Shown: in pieces, positions 27,056 to 36,341 of the stretch
Layout of the letters: each line of letters begins with the position of its first letter
Position numbering within the stretch: position 1 is the first letter of the stretch
Assembly (NCBI GenBank): GCA_038207305.1
Contig: JBBQZY010000016.1
Location: forward strand, 2,906-66,905
Direction: 5' to 3'
Length of the DNA: 64,000 nt
Origin: Chitinophagales bacterium
GTDB lineage: Bacteria > Bacteroidota > Bacteroidia > Chitinophagales > Chitinophagaceae
Notes under the pieces: generated by a model
What the model was told of the DNA's origin: nothing
Databases searched by the model: none
The model's input: only the letters and a program-made list of their open reading frames with translations
Translations under genes and position numbers: made by a program

Positions 27056-30000
27056 ATGAGAGTAATTTTATGCTTTTTTCTATCCCTGGCATTTGTATGT
27101 AGTAGTTATTGCCAAACGATTTCGCCTGTTGGGCCCCTCGATCTTTGCCCTGGCGGTAACCAGCTGTTGAGTGTTATCGGCGCTGCACCAACTTCCTACC
27201 AATGGTTTCAGGGTGCAACAGCTGTAGGTGCAGGTTCAACATACAGTGTAATTGCAGCTGGTAGTTATTCTTTGGTGATAAATGGAGGAGGACCCGGAGA
27301 TACACTTGGGCCTGTTATTGTTACTGCTCGTCCAAATCCTGTCGCTGCATTTTCTTTTAATCCAAATAATCAATGTGGTAATGTTCCGGTTTCATTTATA
27401 AATACTTCAACAGGAACAGGTTTGTCTTATGTCTGGGATTTTGGTGACCCGAATTCCTTAGCAAATAATACTTCAGCAGCCGCTCAGCCTGTTCATCGCT
27501 TTGTAGGAAATCCGGGAAACGGTATACAATCATTTACGGTAACTCTAACTGTAACAAGTGCATTTGGATGTACGGCAACAATCACTCAAACTGTTACAAT
27601 CAACCAGGTTCCTGACCTAACCTTAGGCGGGCCGGGTGCAACGATCTATAATAATAAAAAATATTTTCGAAAATGTTCCAACGCTAGTACGGCTCAGTTC
27701 GATTTTACAAATCAATCTACTACTATTGCCACCAATACATTTTATCAAATTGTTTTTGGTGACGCTACACCTAATTATACTTCAGCTACATTCCTAACAC
27801 CCGTAGCTCATAATTACTCTGTTGGAACTTATTCACTTTTATTTATTGTGACCGGACAAAACGGTTGTAAGGATACGTCTACCTATTATGTATTTGTTGG
27901 AAGTAATCCAGCTGTTGGTTTGGGAAATCCAGGTAATACTGCAATTTGCACCTCAAGTACGCTTACATTTCCGATCTCTTCTACAGCAACTAACCCGCCA
28001 GGAACTATTTACACAGTAACTTTTAATGATGGTACGCCTCCAATAACTTTTCCTCATCCGGCTCCAGCTGATATCAGTCATAATTTTATAATTACGTCAT
28101 GCGGCACCAATAGTCCGCCATATCCTAACTCATTTTCCGGGACCATCCAGGCATCAAACCCTTGTGCCTCGTCTACGGCGACAGTTGTTCCAATTTATGT
28201 TTCGCAGCGACCGGTTGCATCATTTACAATTGCCCCAAAAGATACGGTATGTGTAAATGCGCTAACAACTTTTACCAATACAAGTGGCGCTTCAAATGAT
28301 ATTGACAATGGAACATGTGTTCCGGCGAAATTTGTATGGGTTGTAACTCCCGCTACCGGCTGGACAATTGGTGGAGGTGCACTGGGAAATGACTTTGGCC
28401 TTTTAGATCCAACAACATGGTTAACCGGCACCACAAATTTATCACTAAACTTTACTACACCCGGAACTTATTCAATTAAATTAAAACTTGGTAATTTAAC
28501 TTGCGGTGCGGACTCAATTACTAAAACAATTTGTGTAAATCCGTTACCTACAGGAAGTTTTTTAGTAAATCAGAATATTGGTTGTGCGCCTTTAGCGGTG
28601 AACACAACCACTACTGCAAATACGCCGCTGTGTGGAACGAATACATATAATTGGACAGTTACTTATGCTTCAACTATAGGTTGCGCACCATCTACCATTG
28701 GTTATGTATATCTCAACGGAACAAATGCGAATTCAGCACAACCACAATTTCAATTTAATAACCCCGGTGTTTATACTATAGGGTTGGTAGTCGTTGGACC
28801 AGCAACTTCATGCTCATCTGCAATAGTTACACAAACAATAACAGTGAAAGGAAAGCCTGTTGTAACCTTAGGTGCTCTTCCTGCTACATTGTGTCAAAAT
28901 CAATCGATCAGTCCGTCAGCTACTGTTTCATGTTATACAAGTGCCAATATATATAGTTGGTCTTTCCCGGGTGGTTCACCTGCTACATCCGGCAGCGCTA
29001 ATCCGGGAACGATCACCTACAACACACCCGGCCCTTACACGATTTCCCTTTCCGTAACAAACGAATGTGGTACACCTACGGTTACTACTCCCATAATGAT
29101 CAATGTTACGCCGGTTCCTGTAGTGCCTTCAAACATTGTTGTTTGTGCAGGTGCAACTGTCGGGCCATTGACTTTTACAAGTGTTACAGGTGGTGCAGCA
29201 TTTTCCTGGACAAATAACAATACATCTATAGGCCTTGCGGGAAGTGGTACTTCTAATCCAATACCATCTTTTATTTCAATCAATGCAGGAGCATCGCCTG
29301 TTGTTGCAACCATCAATGTAACAGCAGCGCTAAATGGTTGTTCGAGTTCAAATAGTTTTACGATTACGGTGAATCCAAAGCCAGCGCCACCGGTTACTGT
29401 TTTGCCGTTGAACTACTGCCAAAATGCAGTGGCAGTTCCATTAACGGCAGCGGCTTCCCCGGGAAACACCTTGCTTTGGTACACCGTTGCAACAGGCGGA
29501 ATTGGTAATGCTACTGCACCAACACCTCTTACTACAACAGTGGGTAGTACGACCTATTATGTCAGCCAGTCAATAACTGCAACAGGATGCGAAGGGCCGA
29601 GAACAGCGATAACTGTTATTATCAATCCTGCGCAATCCATTTCATCAGCAAGTTCTGCCAATCCTGCAACCTGTAGTTCTTTAACCGGATCTATTACATT
29701 AAATGGGTTAACTCCAAGTACTATTTATAGTGTTTCTTATACTTTCAATGGAGGCGGAACAATCACTGTTAATTTAACTTCCAGTGCAGCAGGTGTGATC
29801 ATTATTTCCGGACTTGGCGCTGGTTTATATGAACACATTAAAGTTATACTTGCTGGTTGCCCGTCAAATGAAGTAGGGCCTTTTAATCTGGTAGATCCTT
29901 CGGCACCCGCAATGCCTCTAATCATAACAAATTCTCCAATCTGTGCCGGTAACACACTTACTTTATCGGCGTCTACCACTTCGCCTGGAGTTGCTACTTT

Positions 30001-33000
30001 TACCTGGACAGGTCCAAATGGTTTTACAAGTGCATTGCCAAATCCTACTATTCCGAATGCTACCGTTGCAGCCAGTGGTACCTACAATGTTACCGCAACG
30101 ATCAGCGGCTGTACTTCGCCGGTAGGTTCGGTTGCCATAGTTGTAAATGCCACACCGGCTACTCCTGTTGCAGGTAGTAATAGCCCGTTGTGTGGCGGGG
30201 TAGGACTTAGCCTTAATTTAACTTCATCTACAACATTCCCGGGAGCAGTAAGTTATAGCTGGACGGGCCCAAATAGCTTTACAAGCAGTTTGCAAAATCC
30301 TGTCATCACCTCGGTAACCGGTATTCATGCGGGAACCTATACAGTAATAGCAACGGCAACTGCTGGTAGTTGCCCTTCTGCACCAGCAAGTACCGTGGTA
30401 GTTGTGAATCCGACGCCAACGATTAGTAGCAGTAGTGCTGTCAATCCCTCAAGTTGTGGATCGGCAACGGGTTCAATTACCCTAAACGGGTTACAACCAA
30501 ATATAGCTTACATCGTAAATTATTTATTCAATAGCTCGCCACAAACATCAACCATAACTTCCGGACCTACCGGCATTCTTATTATTCCGGGCTTGGTGCA
30601 GGGCGCTTATACAAATGTTACGGTAGTTTTAGGTGGCTGCCCATCTTCAGCAGTTGGACCATTTAACCTGGCAGACCCGAATCCGCCGGTAACCCCAGTT
30701 GCGTCAAGCAACAGTCCGCTTTGCAGTGGTGCTACACTTAACTTACAATCAAATGCAACTGCGGGTGCCAGCTATTTATGGACAGGCCCTAATGGATTTA
30801 CAGCAGCTACGCAGAATCCATCTATTGCCAATGTTGCAACAGCAGCCAGTGGTATATATTCGGTAACTGTTACGGTTAGTAATTGTACTTCTGCAGCGGG
30901 TAATGTTTCGGTGTTGGTGAATCAAACACCCGCTACACCAACAGTTGGTAGCAACAGTCCGCTGTGCAGCAATGTAGGAGCAACGTTAAACCTGACATCC
31001 TCTACAACAACTGCAGGTACAATAACTTATAGCTGGACAGGTCCGAATGGATTTATCAGTCCTGCACAGAATCCATCTATTCCAAATATAACAATAGCGA
31101 TGGCGGGTACCTACAATGTAACTGCAACGAATAGCCTTGGAACTTGTCCTTCTGCAATAACAGGTATTCCAGTAGTTGTAAATCCTACGCCGGTGATCAC
31201 AGGATCAAGTCATATAGATCCAACCAATTGCGGTTCTTCAACTGGTTTTATCAGTCTTACAGGCTTAACGCCTAATACATCTTATCTTGTAAATTACCTG
31301 CAAAGTGGAAATCCTCAATCGGCAACCATACTTTCAAATGGGGCAGGAGTTGTTACAATAACAGCATTGCCACAGGGAACTTACACAAATATATTTGTGG
31401 TATTAACCGGCTGTCCTTCTGCGCCTGTCGGACCAATTGTATTAACAGATCCCAATCCACCGGCAGCGCCGTCAGCATCATCCAATGCGCCTATATGCAG
31501 CGGAACAACTTTAAATCTGAACGCATCAACAGCAGCAATGGGAACAATTTCTTATAGCTGGACAGGACCAAACGGCTTTATAAGCAATATTCAGAACCCC
31601 TCTATTGCAAATGTTACAACTGCGGCAAGCGGTACATACAATGTAATACTAACTGTAAATAATTGCGTTTCGTCTGCAAGTCCACTTGTTGTATTGATAA
31701 ATCCATTGCCATTGGCACCTGTTGTAGGTTCGCCTGTAAATTATTGTATCGGGAATACAGCATCGGCATTAACAGCTACTGCATTGCCCGGACATACTTT
31801 GTTATGGTACAATGTTGCAACAGGTGGAACCAGCAGCACAGTTGCACCAGTTCCACTTACTACCGTAGTTGGAAACACGAATTATTATGTAAGCCAGGTG
31901 AATACTGCCACAAGTTGTGAAGGAGCAAGAGCATTGATAAATGTGATCATCAATCCTGATGCGATTGCAGATTTTCGTCCAACAGATACAATCGGCTGCC
32001 CGCCATTCAATATTACAAGTGCGATTATAAATTTACAGACATATCCTGCCAACAATGGTATTTATCAATGGTATGTAAACAATGTGTTGATTGGAACAGG
32101 TACAGTATTTCCGGGATACACGATCTTGAATGAAGATGATTTTGTAACTATAAAACTTAAAGTGATTTCGCCATTTGGATGTAAATCCGATAGTATCAGT
32201 CACAATTTTTATACATACAAACTTCCGCATCCATCTTTTACACTAAGTGATACGCTTGGCTGTGGTCCAATATCTGTGCTAATCACCAATACAACACCGA
32301 ATATTGGATTGTTTACGTATACCTGGAATTTTGGTAACGGACAAACATCCTCAGCTGCCCAACCGGGTACTATTGTGTTCCCGCCAAATCCAAATTCGGG
32401 TGATACCACTTATGTTATTTCTCTAAGCATTTTTTCAATTTGCGATACGATAACAGTAACCGATTCGGTAAGGGTGAAAGCAAAGCCTAAAGCATTGTTC
32501 ACACCTTCCCGTACAGTTGGTTGTTCACCGATGACTGTTACGTTCACTAATAATTCATTGGGTATCAACAATACTTATTTCTGGGATTTTGGAGACGGAA
32601 CAACCACTACTACCAATAATAATAATTCAGTAGTACATACTTACAATACAGGTATCCAGGATACTTTTTATATCAGGTTAATTGCTGTGAACGAATGTGG
32701 GGCTGATACAATAACTTATTCTGTTATTGCTGCGCCAAATAATATACACCTGAACCTTGCGGTGAATGGTACCAATTATTTTGGTTGTGAGCCACATACC
32801 GTAGCATTTATAAATAACACTCCGGGCGCATCTTCTTTTGATTGGAATTTCGGTGATGGAAATACATTGAATACCACTGCTATTTTTGATACTGTATATC
32901 ATACTTACCTGAGTGCCGGAACTTTTACCGTAACACTTACAGCGCAAAACAGTTGTACAGATACTTCAGCAACTCTAACGATCACGGTGTTTCCTAAACC

Positions 33001-35233
33001 ACATGCGGCGTTTATTGCCGACAGGTACACCGCCTGTATCGGGGAACCAATACATTTTACAAACCTGTCAAGCGCTGCAACATCATACCTGTGGCAATTT
33101 GGAGATGGCGGTACTTCTACCTTGCTTGATCCTACACATGCTTATGCAGCGCCGGGCTTATACAATGTTATGCTGATCGTTTACCGGGTAAATGCACCAG
33201 GTAATATTTGTGTTGATACAACTGTGCAGCAGGTTCAGATCGTAGGTACACAACCGGGTTCGTTCACCATGTCGGGCAATAGTAGTTTGTGCGCACCTTT
33301 TACGGTAACTTTTGTGAATCAAAACAGGCCGTCTGTATCGAGCAACTGGGATTTTGGTGATGGTAATACTGCAACAGGCGACAGTGTTGTACATACATTT
33401 TTGACCGCAGGTATTTTCATTGTTAAGCTAACTGTAACGGTTCCGGGTGGTTGTACATTTATCACGCAGAATACGGTTACCGTTTCCGGTCCTTCCGGTT
33501 CATTGCTTTATACAGGTGGCTTTAAATGCTATCCTGATCCAGTAAGGCTTGAAGCTGTAGCTGTAAATACCAATACATTGTTATGGGATTTTGGTGATGG
33601 TACCACACTAAGTACAACCCAGCTCGTTATTTTCCATAATTATACTAACCCTGGTTTGTATGTTCCAACACTCACACTTCAGAATACAGCAGGTTGTAAC
33701 TATTTTATCCAGGGGCTTGATACAATAAAGGTTGATAAGATTGATGCAGGCTATAACTATGCAACGCAGCATTATTGCGGTTCTACCGAACTTGCTTTTG
33801 CAGATACATCACATGTATTCTTCGGTACATCGCTGGTTAAATGGGATTTTGGTGATGGCAATACAGGTGCGGGCGTAAATATAAATCATACCTACAGTAC
33901 CACCGGTTTATATGCAGTTCAAATGATTGTGATAGGAAACAGCGGCTGTTCCGATACCGTAACGAAACAGCTTAATGTTTTTGTGAACAGCAAACCTGTA
34001 GCATCTATTTCGGCAGATACACTGGCATGTACCAATCAGCCTGTATTGTTCTCAGGAATAGTTCAGTCAACTGATCCGCTGAATATTTATCAATGGACGA
34101 TATCCAATGGTGTAAATGCTGCCGGCCAGAATCTTTCTTATAGTTTCCCATTACCGGGTTTGTTTTCCGTAACTTTCATCACAGGAACGGTTAATGGCTG
34201 TTATGATACATCATATCATATTATCAGGGTAAATCCTTCACCGGTGGTTACTGCAAGCGCATCGGTTACTTTTTGCCTTGGCAATTCAGCCCAGTTAACT
34301 GTAACAGGTGCACCACAATATCAATGGTCGCCGATACAAGGACTGAGCTGTACAACCTGCGCTAACCCTGTTGCATCGCCAGTTATAACAACGCCATATA
34401 TTGTAACCGGCACAAATAGCTTCGGCTGTTCCGGTTATGATACGGTAGTGGTTACCGTTATTCAGCCGTTGAATATGACTGTTTCTCCAAATGATACTAT
34501 TTGCATAGGCAAGTCTGCAAACTTAATTGCCAGCGGAGCTACATCTTATGTTTGGTCGCCGGCACAAGGCCTTAATAGTACAACCATTTCTAATCCAACA
34601 GCTTCGCCTGTAGTAACAACTATATACAGGGTAGTAGGCTATGATGGCTTTAACTGTTTCACTGATACTGCATTTATTGTTGTTGCGGTTGGTAATTACC
34701 CGATCGTAAGTTTAGGGCCAGATAAAGTATTGGCCACCGGAACAATATTGCCATTGGTAACTACGATACAAAACGGTCCGATCCGTTATTGGGATTGGTT
34801 GCCACCGAACGACCTTAGCTGTGCTGATTGCCCTTTGCCAAATGCAACAATTAAAAATGATATCAGTTATATCGTAAACGTTACAAATATCTATGGTTGT
34901 AAAGGATCTGATACCATGAAGATCCGGGTATTCTGTACCGACTCACAGGTATTCATTCCGAATGCATTTTCGCCCGATAATGATGGTATCAATGATATAC
35001 TCATGGTAATGGGTAAAGGCATCGTTACGGTTAAATCTTTCCGCATATTCAACCGCTGGGGTGAAGTCGTTTTTGAAAGAAATAATTTCCCGCCAAACAA
35101 TCCTGCTTATGGCTGGAACGGAAAAATAAAAGGAGTTGCAGGCCCTTCTGATGTATTTGTATACACAGCAGAAGTGATTTGCGACAATGGAACAGCATAC
35201 ACATTCAAAGGGAATGTATCTATAATAAAATAA
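27056..35233 (+). CDS. Giant cell-surface adhesin-like protein: Ig-like/PKD domain arrays with T9SS type B (gliding motility-associated, CHU_C) C-terminal sorting domain
   Basis: 2725 aa with a signal peptide (SSYCQ). At least 8 PKD domains carry W-[DNQ]-FG-[DN]-G motifs (nt 27435, 32325, 32582, 32843, 33092, 33349, 33585, 33842). Central SprB-like module repeats are present. The C-terminal domain starts at 34949: VFIPNAFSPDNDGINDILMV..FRIFNRWGEVVFE..YGWNG..GPSDVFVYTAEV (TIGR04131-type). Confidence 0.9.
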   Translation: MRVILCFFLSLAFVCSSYCQTISPVGPLDLCPGGNQLLSVIGAAPTSYQWFQGATAVGAGSTYSVIAAGSYSLVINGGGPGDTLGPVIVTARPNPVAAFSFNPNNQCGNVPVSFINTSTGTGLSYVWDFGDPNSLANNTSAAAQPVHRFVGNPGNGIQSFTVTLTVTSAFGCTATITQTVTINQVPDLTLGGPGATIYNNKKYFRKCSNASTAQFDFTNQSTTIATNTFYQIVFGDATPNYTSATFLTPVAHNYSVGTYSLLFIVTGQNGCKDTSTYYVFVGSNPAVGLGNPGNTAICTSSTLTFPISSTATNPPGTIYTVTFNDGTPPITFPHPAPADISHNFIITSCGTNSPPYPNSFSGTIQASNPCASSTATVVPIYVSQRPVASFTIAPKDTVCVNALTTFTNTSGASNDIDNGTCVPAKFVWVVTPATGWTIGGGALGNDFGLLDPTTWLTGTTNLSLNFTTPGTYSIKLKLGNLTCGADSITKTICVNPLPTGSFLVNQNIGCAPLAVNTTTTANTPLCGTNTYNWTVTYASTIGCAPSTIGYVYLNGTNANSAQPQFQFNNPGVYTIGLVVVGPATSCSSAIVTQTITVKGKPVVTLGALPATLCQNQSISPSATVSCYTSANIYSWSFPGGSPATSGSANPGTITYNTPGPYTISLSVTNECGTPTVTTPIMINVTPVPVVPSNIVVCAGATVGPLTFTSVTGGAAFSWTNNNTSIGLAGSGTSNPIPSFISINAGASPVVATINVTAALNGCSSSNSFTITVNPKPAPPVTVLPLNYCQNAVAVPLTAAASPGNTLLWYTVATGGIGNATAPTPLTTTVGSTTYYVSQSITATGCEGPRTAITVIINPAQSISSASSANPATCSSLTGSITLNGLTPSTIYSVSYTFNGGGTITVNLTSSAAGVIIISGLGAGLYEHIKVILAGCPSNEVGPFNLVDPSAPAMPLIITNSPICAGNTLTLSASTTSPGVATFTWTGPNGFTSALPNPTIPNATVAASGTYNVTATISGCTSPVGSVAIVVNATPATPVAGSNSPLCGGVGLSLNLTSSTTFPGAVSYSWTGPNSFTSSLQNPVITSVTGIHAGTYTVIATATAGSCPSAPASTVVVVNPTPTISSSSAVNPSSCGSATGSITLNGLQPNIAYIVNYLFNSSPQTSTITSGPTGILIIPGLVQGAYTNVTVVLGGCPSSAVGPFNLADPNPPVTPVASSNSPLCSGATLNLQSNATAGASYLWTGPNGFTAATQNPSIANVATAASGIYSVTVTVSNCTSAAGNVSVLVNQTPATPTVGSNSPLCSNVGATLNLTSSTTTAGTITYSWTGPNGFISPAQNPSIPNITIAMAGTYNVTATNSLGTCPSAITGIPVVVNPTPVITGSSHIDPTNCGSSTGFISLTGLTPNTSYLVNYLQSGNPQSATILSNGAGVVTITALPQGTYTNIFVVLTGCPSAPVGPIVLTDPNPPAAPSASSNAPICSGTTLNLNASTAAMGTISYSWTGPNGFISNIQNPSIANVTTAASGTYNVILTVNNCVSSASPLVVLINPLPLAPVVGSPVNYCIGNTASALTATALPGHTLLWYNVATGGTSSTVAPVPLTTVVGNTNYYVSQVNTATSCEGARALINVIINPDAIADFRPTDTIGCPPFNITSAIINLQTYPANNGIYQWYVNNVLIGTGTVFPGYTILNEDDFVTIKLKVISPFGCKSDSISHNFYTYKLPHPSFTLSDTLGCGPISVLITNTTPNIGLFTYTWNFGNGQTSSAAQPGTIVFPPNPNSGDTTYVISLSIFSICDTITVTDSVRVKAKPKALFTPSRTVGCSPMTVTFTNNSLGINNTYFWDFGDGTTTTTNNNNSVVHTYNTGIQDTFYIRLIAVNECGADTITYSVIAAPNNIHLNLAVNGTNYFGCEPHTVAFINNTPGASSFDWNFGDGNTLNTTAIFDTVYHTYLSAGTFTVTLTAQNSCTDTSATLTITVFPKPHAAFIADRYTACIGEPIHFTNLSSAATSYLWQFGDGGTSTLLDPTHAYAAPGLYNVMLIVYRVNAPGNICVDTTVQQVQIVGTQPGSFTMSGNSSLCAPFTVTFVNQNRPSVSSNWDFGDGNTATGDSVVHTFLTAGIFIVKLTVTVPGGCTFITQNTVTVSGPSGSLLYTGGFKCYPDPVRLEAVAVNTNTLLWDFGDGTTLSTTQLVIFHNYTNPGLYVPTLTLQNTAGCNYFIQGLDTIKVDKIDAGYNYATQHYCGSTELAFADTSHVFFGTSLVKWDFGDGNTGAGVNINHTYSTTGLYAVQMIVIGNSGCSDTVTKQLNVFVNSKPVASISADTLACTNQPVLFSGIVQSTDPLNIYQWTISNGVNAAGQNLSYSFPLPGLFSVTFITGTVNGCYDTSYHIIRVNPSPVVTASASVTFCLGNSAQLTVTGAPQYQWSPIQGLSCTTCANPVASPVITTPYIVTGTNSFGCSGYDTVVVTVIQPLNMTVSPNDTICIGKSANLIASGATSYVWSPAQGLNSTTISNPTASPVVTTIYRVVGYDGFNCFTDTAFIVVAVGNYPIVSLGPDKVLATGTILPLVTTIQNGPIRYWDWLPPNDLSCADCPLPNATIKNDISYIVNVTNIYGCKGSDTMKIRVFCTDSQVFIPNAFSPDNDGINDILMVMGKGIVTVKSFRIFNRWGEVVFERNNFPPNNPAYGWNGKIKGVAGPSDVFVYTAEVICDNGTAYTFKGNVSIIK
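29621..31720 (+). repeat. In-frame tandem array of about 260-aa three-module units (a-b-c, a-b-c, a-b) inside the adhesin gene
   Basis: Units start at 29621, 30404 and 31178, giving periods of 783 and 774 nt. Module a reads NP.P.I..S...P..CGS.TGSI.L.GL.P...Y.V.Y......GCPS..VGP..L.DP.PP. Modules b and c read SNSPLC.G..L.L......Y.WTGPNGF....QNPSI.N......G.Y.V.......C.S. Copies are roughly half identical at protein level by eye. Confidence 0.8.
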
Positions 35234-35244
35234 ATGAAAGGACT

Positions 35245-36273
35245 ATGTTTCGTACAATAATATTTAACATTGGTTTGCTCTTCGTTGCTTTGTCGACAAC
35301 AGCACAGGACATTAATTTCTCCCAGTTCTATGAGTTGCCTTTGTTGCGCAACCCTGCACTGGCAGGTAATTTCAAAGGAGATATAAGGGCTACCGGTGCT
35401 TTTCGCAACCAGTGGGCAAGTGCAGCAGGTGTGCCTTTTCGTACACAGGCACTTGGGATAGAAATAAGATCAGGTGTTTCTGAAAGTAGCGATGATTATA
35501 AAGTGATCGGGTTACAGATCACAAACGATCAGGCTGGAGATTCCAAGATGGGGAAAACACAAATATTACCATCTTTCACTTTTCAGAAATCGTTGAGCGA
35601 AATGCGGAATTCTTATCTCGCAATTGGTGCAATTGGTGGTATCATACAGCAACGCTTTGATCCGAGTGGATTGAAATGGGCCGACCAATTTGTGAATGGC
35701 GAATACAGCGAAACGAATCCCACACAACAGGTTTTTTCAAGAACGAATATGACCTATTGGGATTTTTCTATGGGGCTTTTATACAGTGGTGAATTTGGCG
35801 GCGATTTCAGGTATTATGTTGGACTGGCAGGCTTTCATCTTTTTCAACCAAAAGTTTCTTTTAACCCGGAGAATAATTTTAAGCTTAACAGGAAATTTTT
35901 ATTCAATGCAGGACTGTCCGCACCCACAAGTCCTGATGATCGTGTAACCATCTACTTTGATGCATTTATGCAAGGCGGTAGCCGACAGGCACAGGGAGGG
36001 TTTTTGTATAAACACGATATTGCAGAGGCAGACAATGATGAAACATTAAGCATTACTGCAGGTAGTTTTTTAAGATGGGGAGACGCTATTATTCCCGTCG
36101 TGAAATTCGATGTATATAAAATTGCAGTTGGACTTACTTATGATATTAATATCAGCAAACTTACTGTTGCATCTAAAATGCGTGGAGGATTTGAAGTAAC
36201 AGTTTCCTACCGTGATTTTTTAAATATACGGAACAGTTCATCGCAAAAGTTGAGGTGCCCGGTGGCTTTGTAA
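35245..36273 (+). CDS. PorP/SprF family type IX secretion system membrane protein
   Basis: The track ORF 35179..36273 overlaps the adhesin end. The internal ATG at 35245, 12 nt after the adhesin stop, gives MFRTIIFNIGLLFVALSTTAQDINFSQFYELPLLRNPALAG. That is the canonical PorP/SprF N-terminus. The mature protein is beta-barrel sized at 342 aa. Confidence 0.85.
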   Translation: MFRTIIFNIGLLFVALSTTAQDINFSQFYELPLLRNPALAGNFKGDIRATGAFRNQWASAAGVPFRTQALGIEIRSGVSESSDDYKVIGLQITNDQAGDSKMGKTQILPSFTFQKSLSEMRNSYLAIGAIGGIIQQRFDPSGLKWADQFVNGEYSETNPTQQVFSRTNMTYWDFSMGLLYSGEFGGDFRYYVGLAGFHLFQPKVSFNPENNFKLNRKFLFNAGLSAPTSPDDRVTIYFDAFMQGGSRQAQGGFLYKHDIAEADNDETLSITAGSFLRWGDAIIPVVKFDVYKIAVGLTYDINISKLTVASKMRGGFEVTVSYRDFLNIRNSSSQKLRCPVAL

Positions 36274-36282
36274 TTTTCGAAT

Positions 36283-36305
36283 GTGCTGATTTGTTGATCA
36301 GGCAC
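36283..36305 (+). terminator. Weak bulged hairpin between convergent porP/sprF and the beta-helix gene
   Basis: GTGCTGAT (36283-36290) pairs with ATCAGGCAC (36297-36305) with a one-base bulge and a loop of about 5 nt. A T-rich stretch follows. Confidence 0.3.
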
Positions 36306-36341
36306 TAATTATTTGAATCGCCACCCATCATGTATCACAAA

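Noticed and set aside
29621-31720. Regular ~780-nt periodicity, considered as a possible CRISPR or satellite array
   Set aside because: The period is far too long and the copies are diverged. The whole region is one open reading frame encoding protein modules.
35179-35244. Upstream extension of the PorP/SprF ORF overlapping the adhesin 3' end
   Set aside because: The extension encodes non-signal sequence (MRQWNSIHIQRECIYNKINERT). The internal ATG at 35245 yields a canonical signal peptide and the AQDINFSQFY motif.
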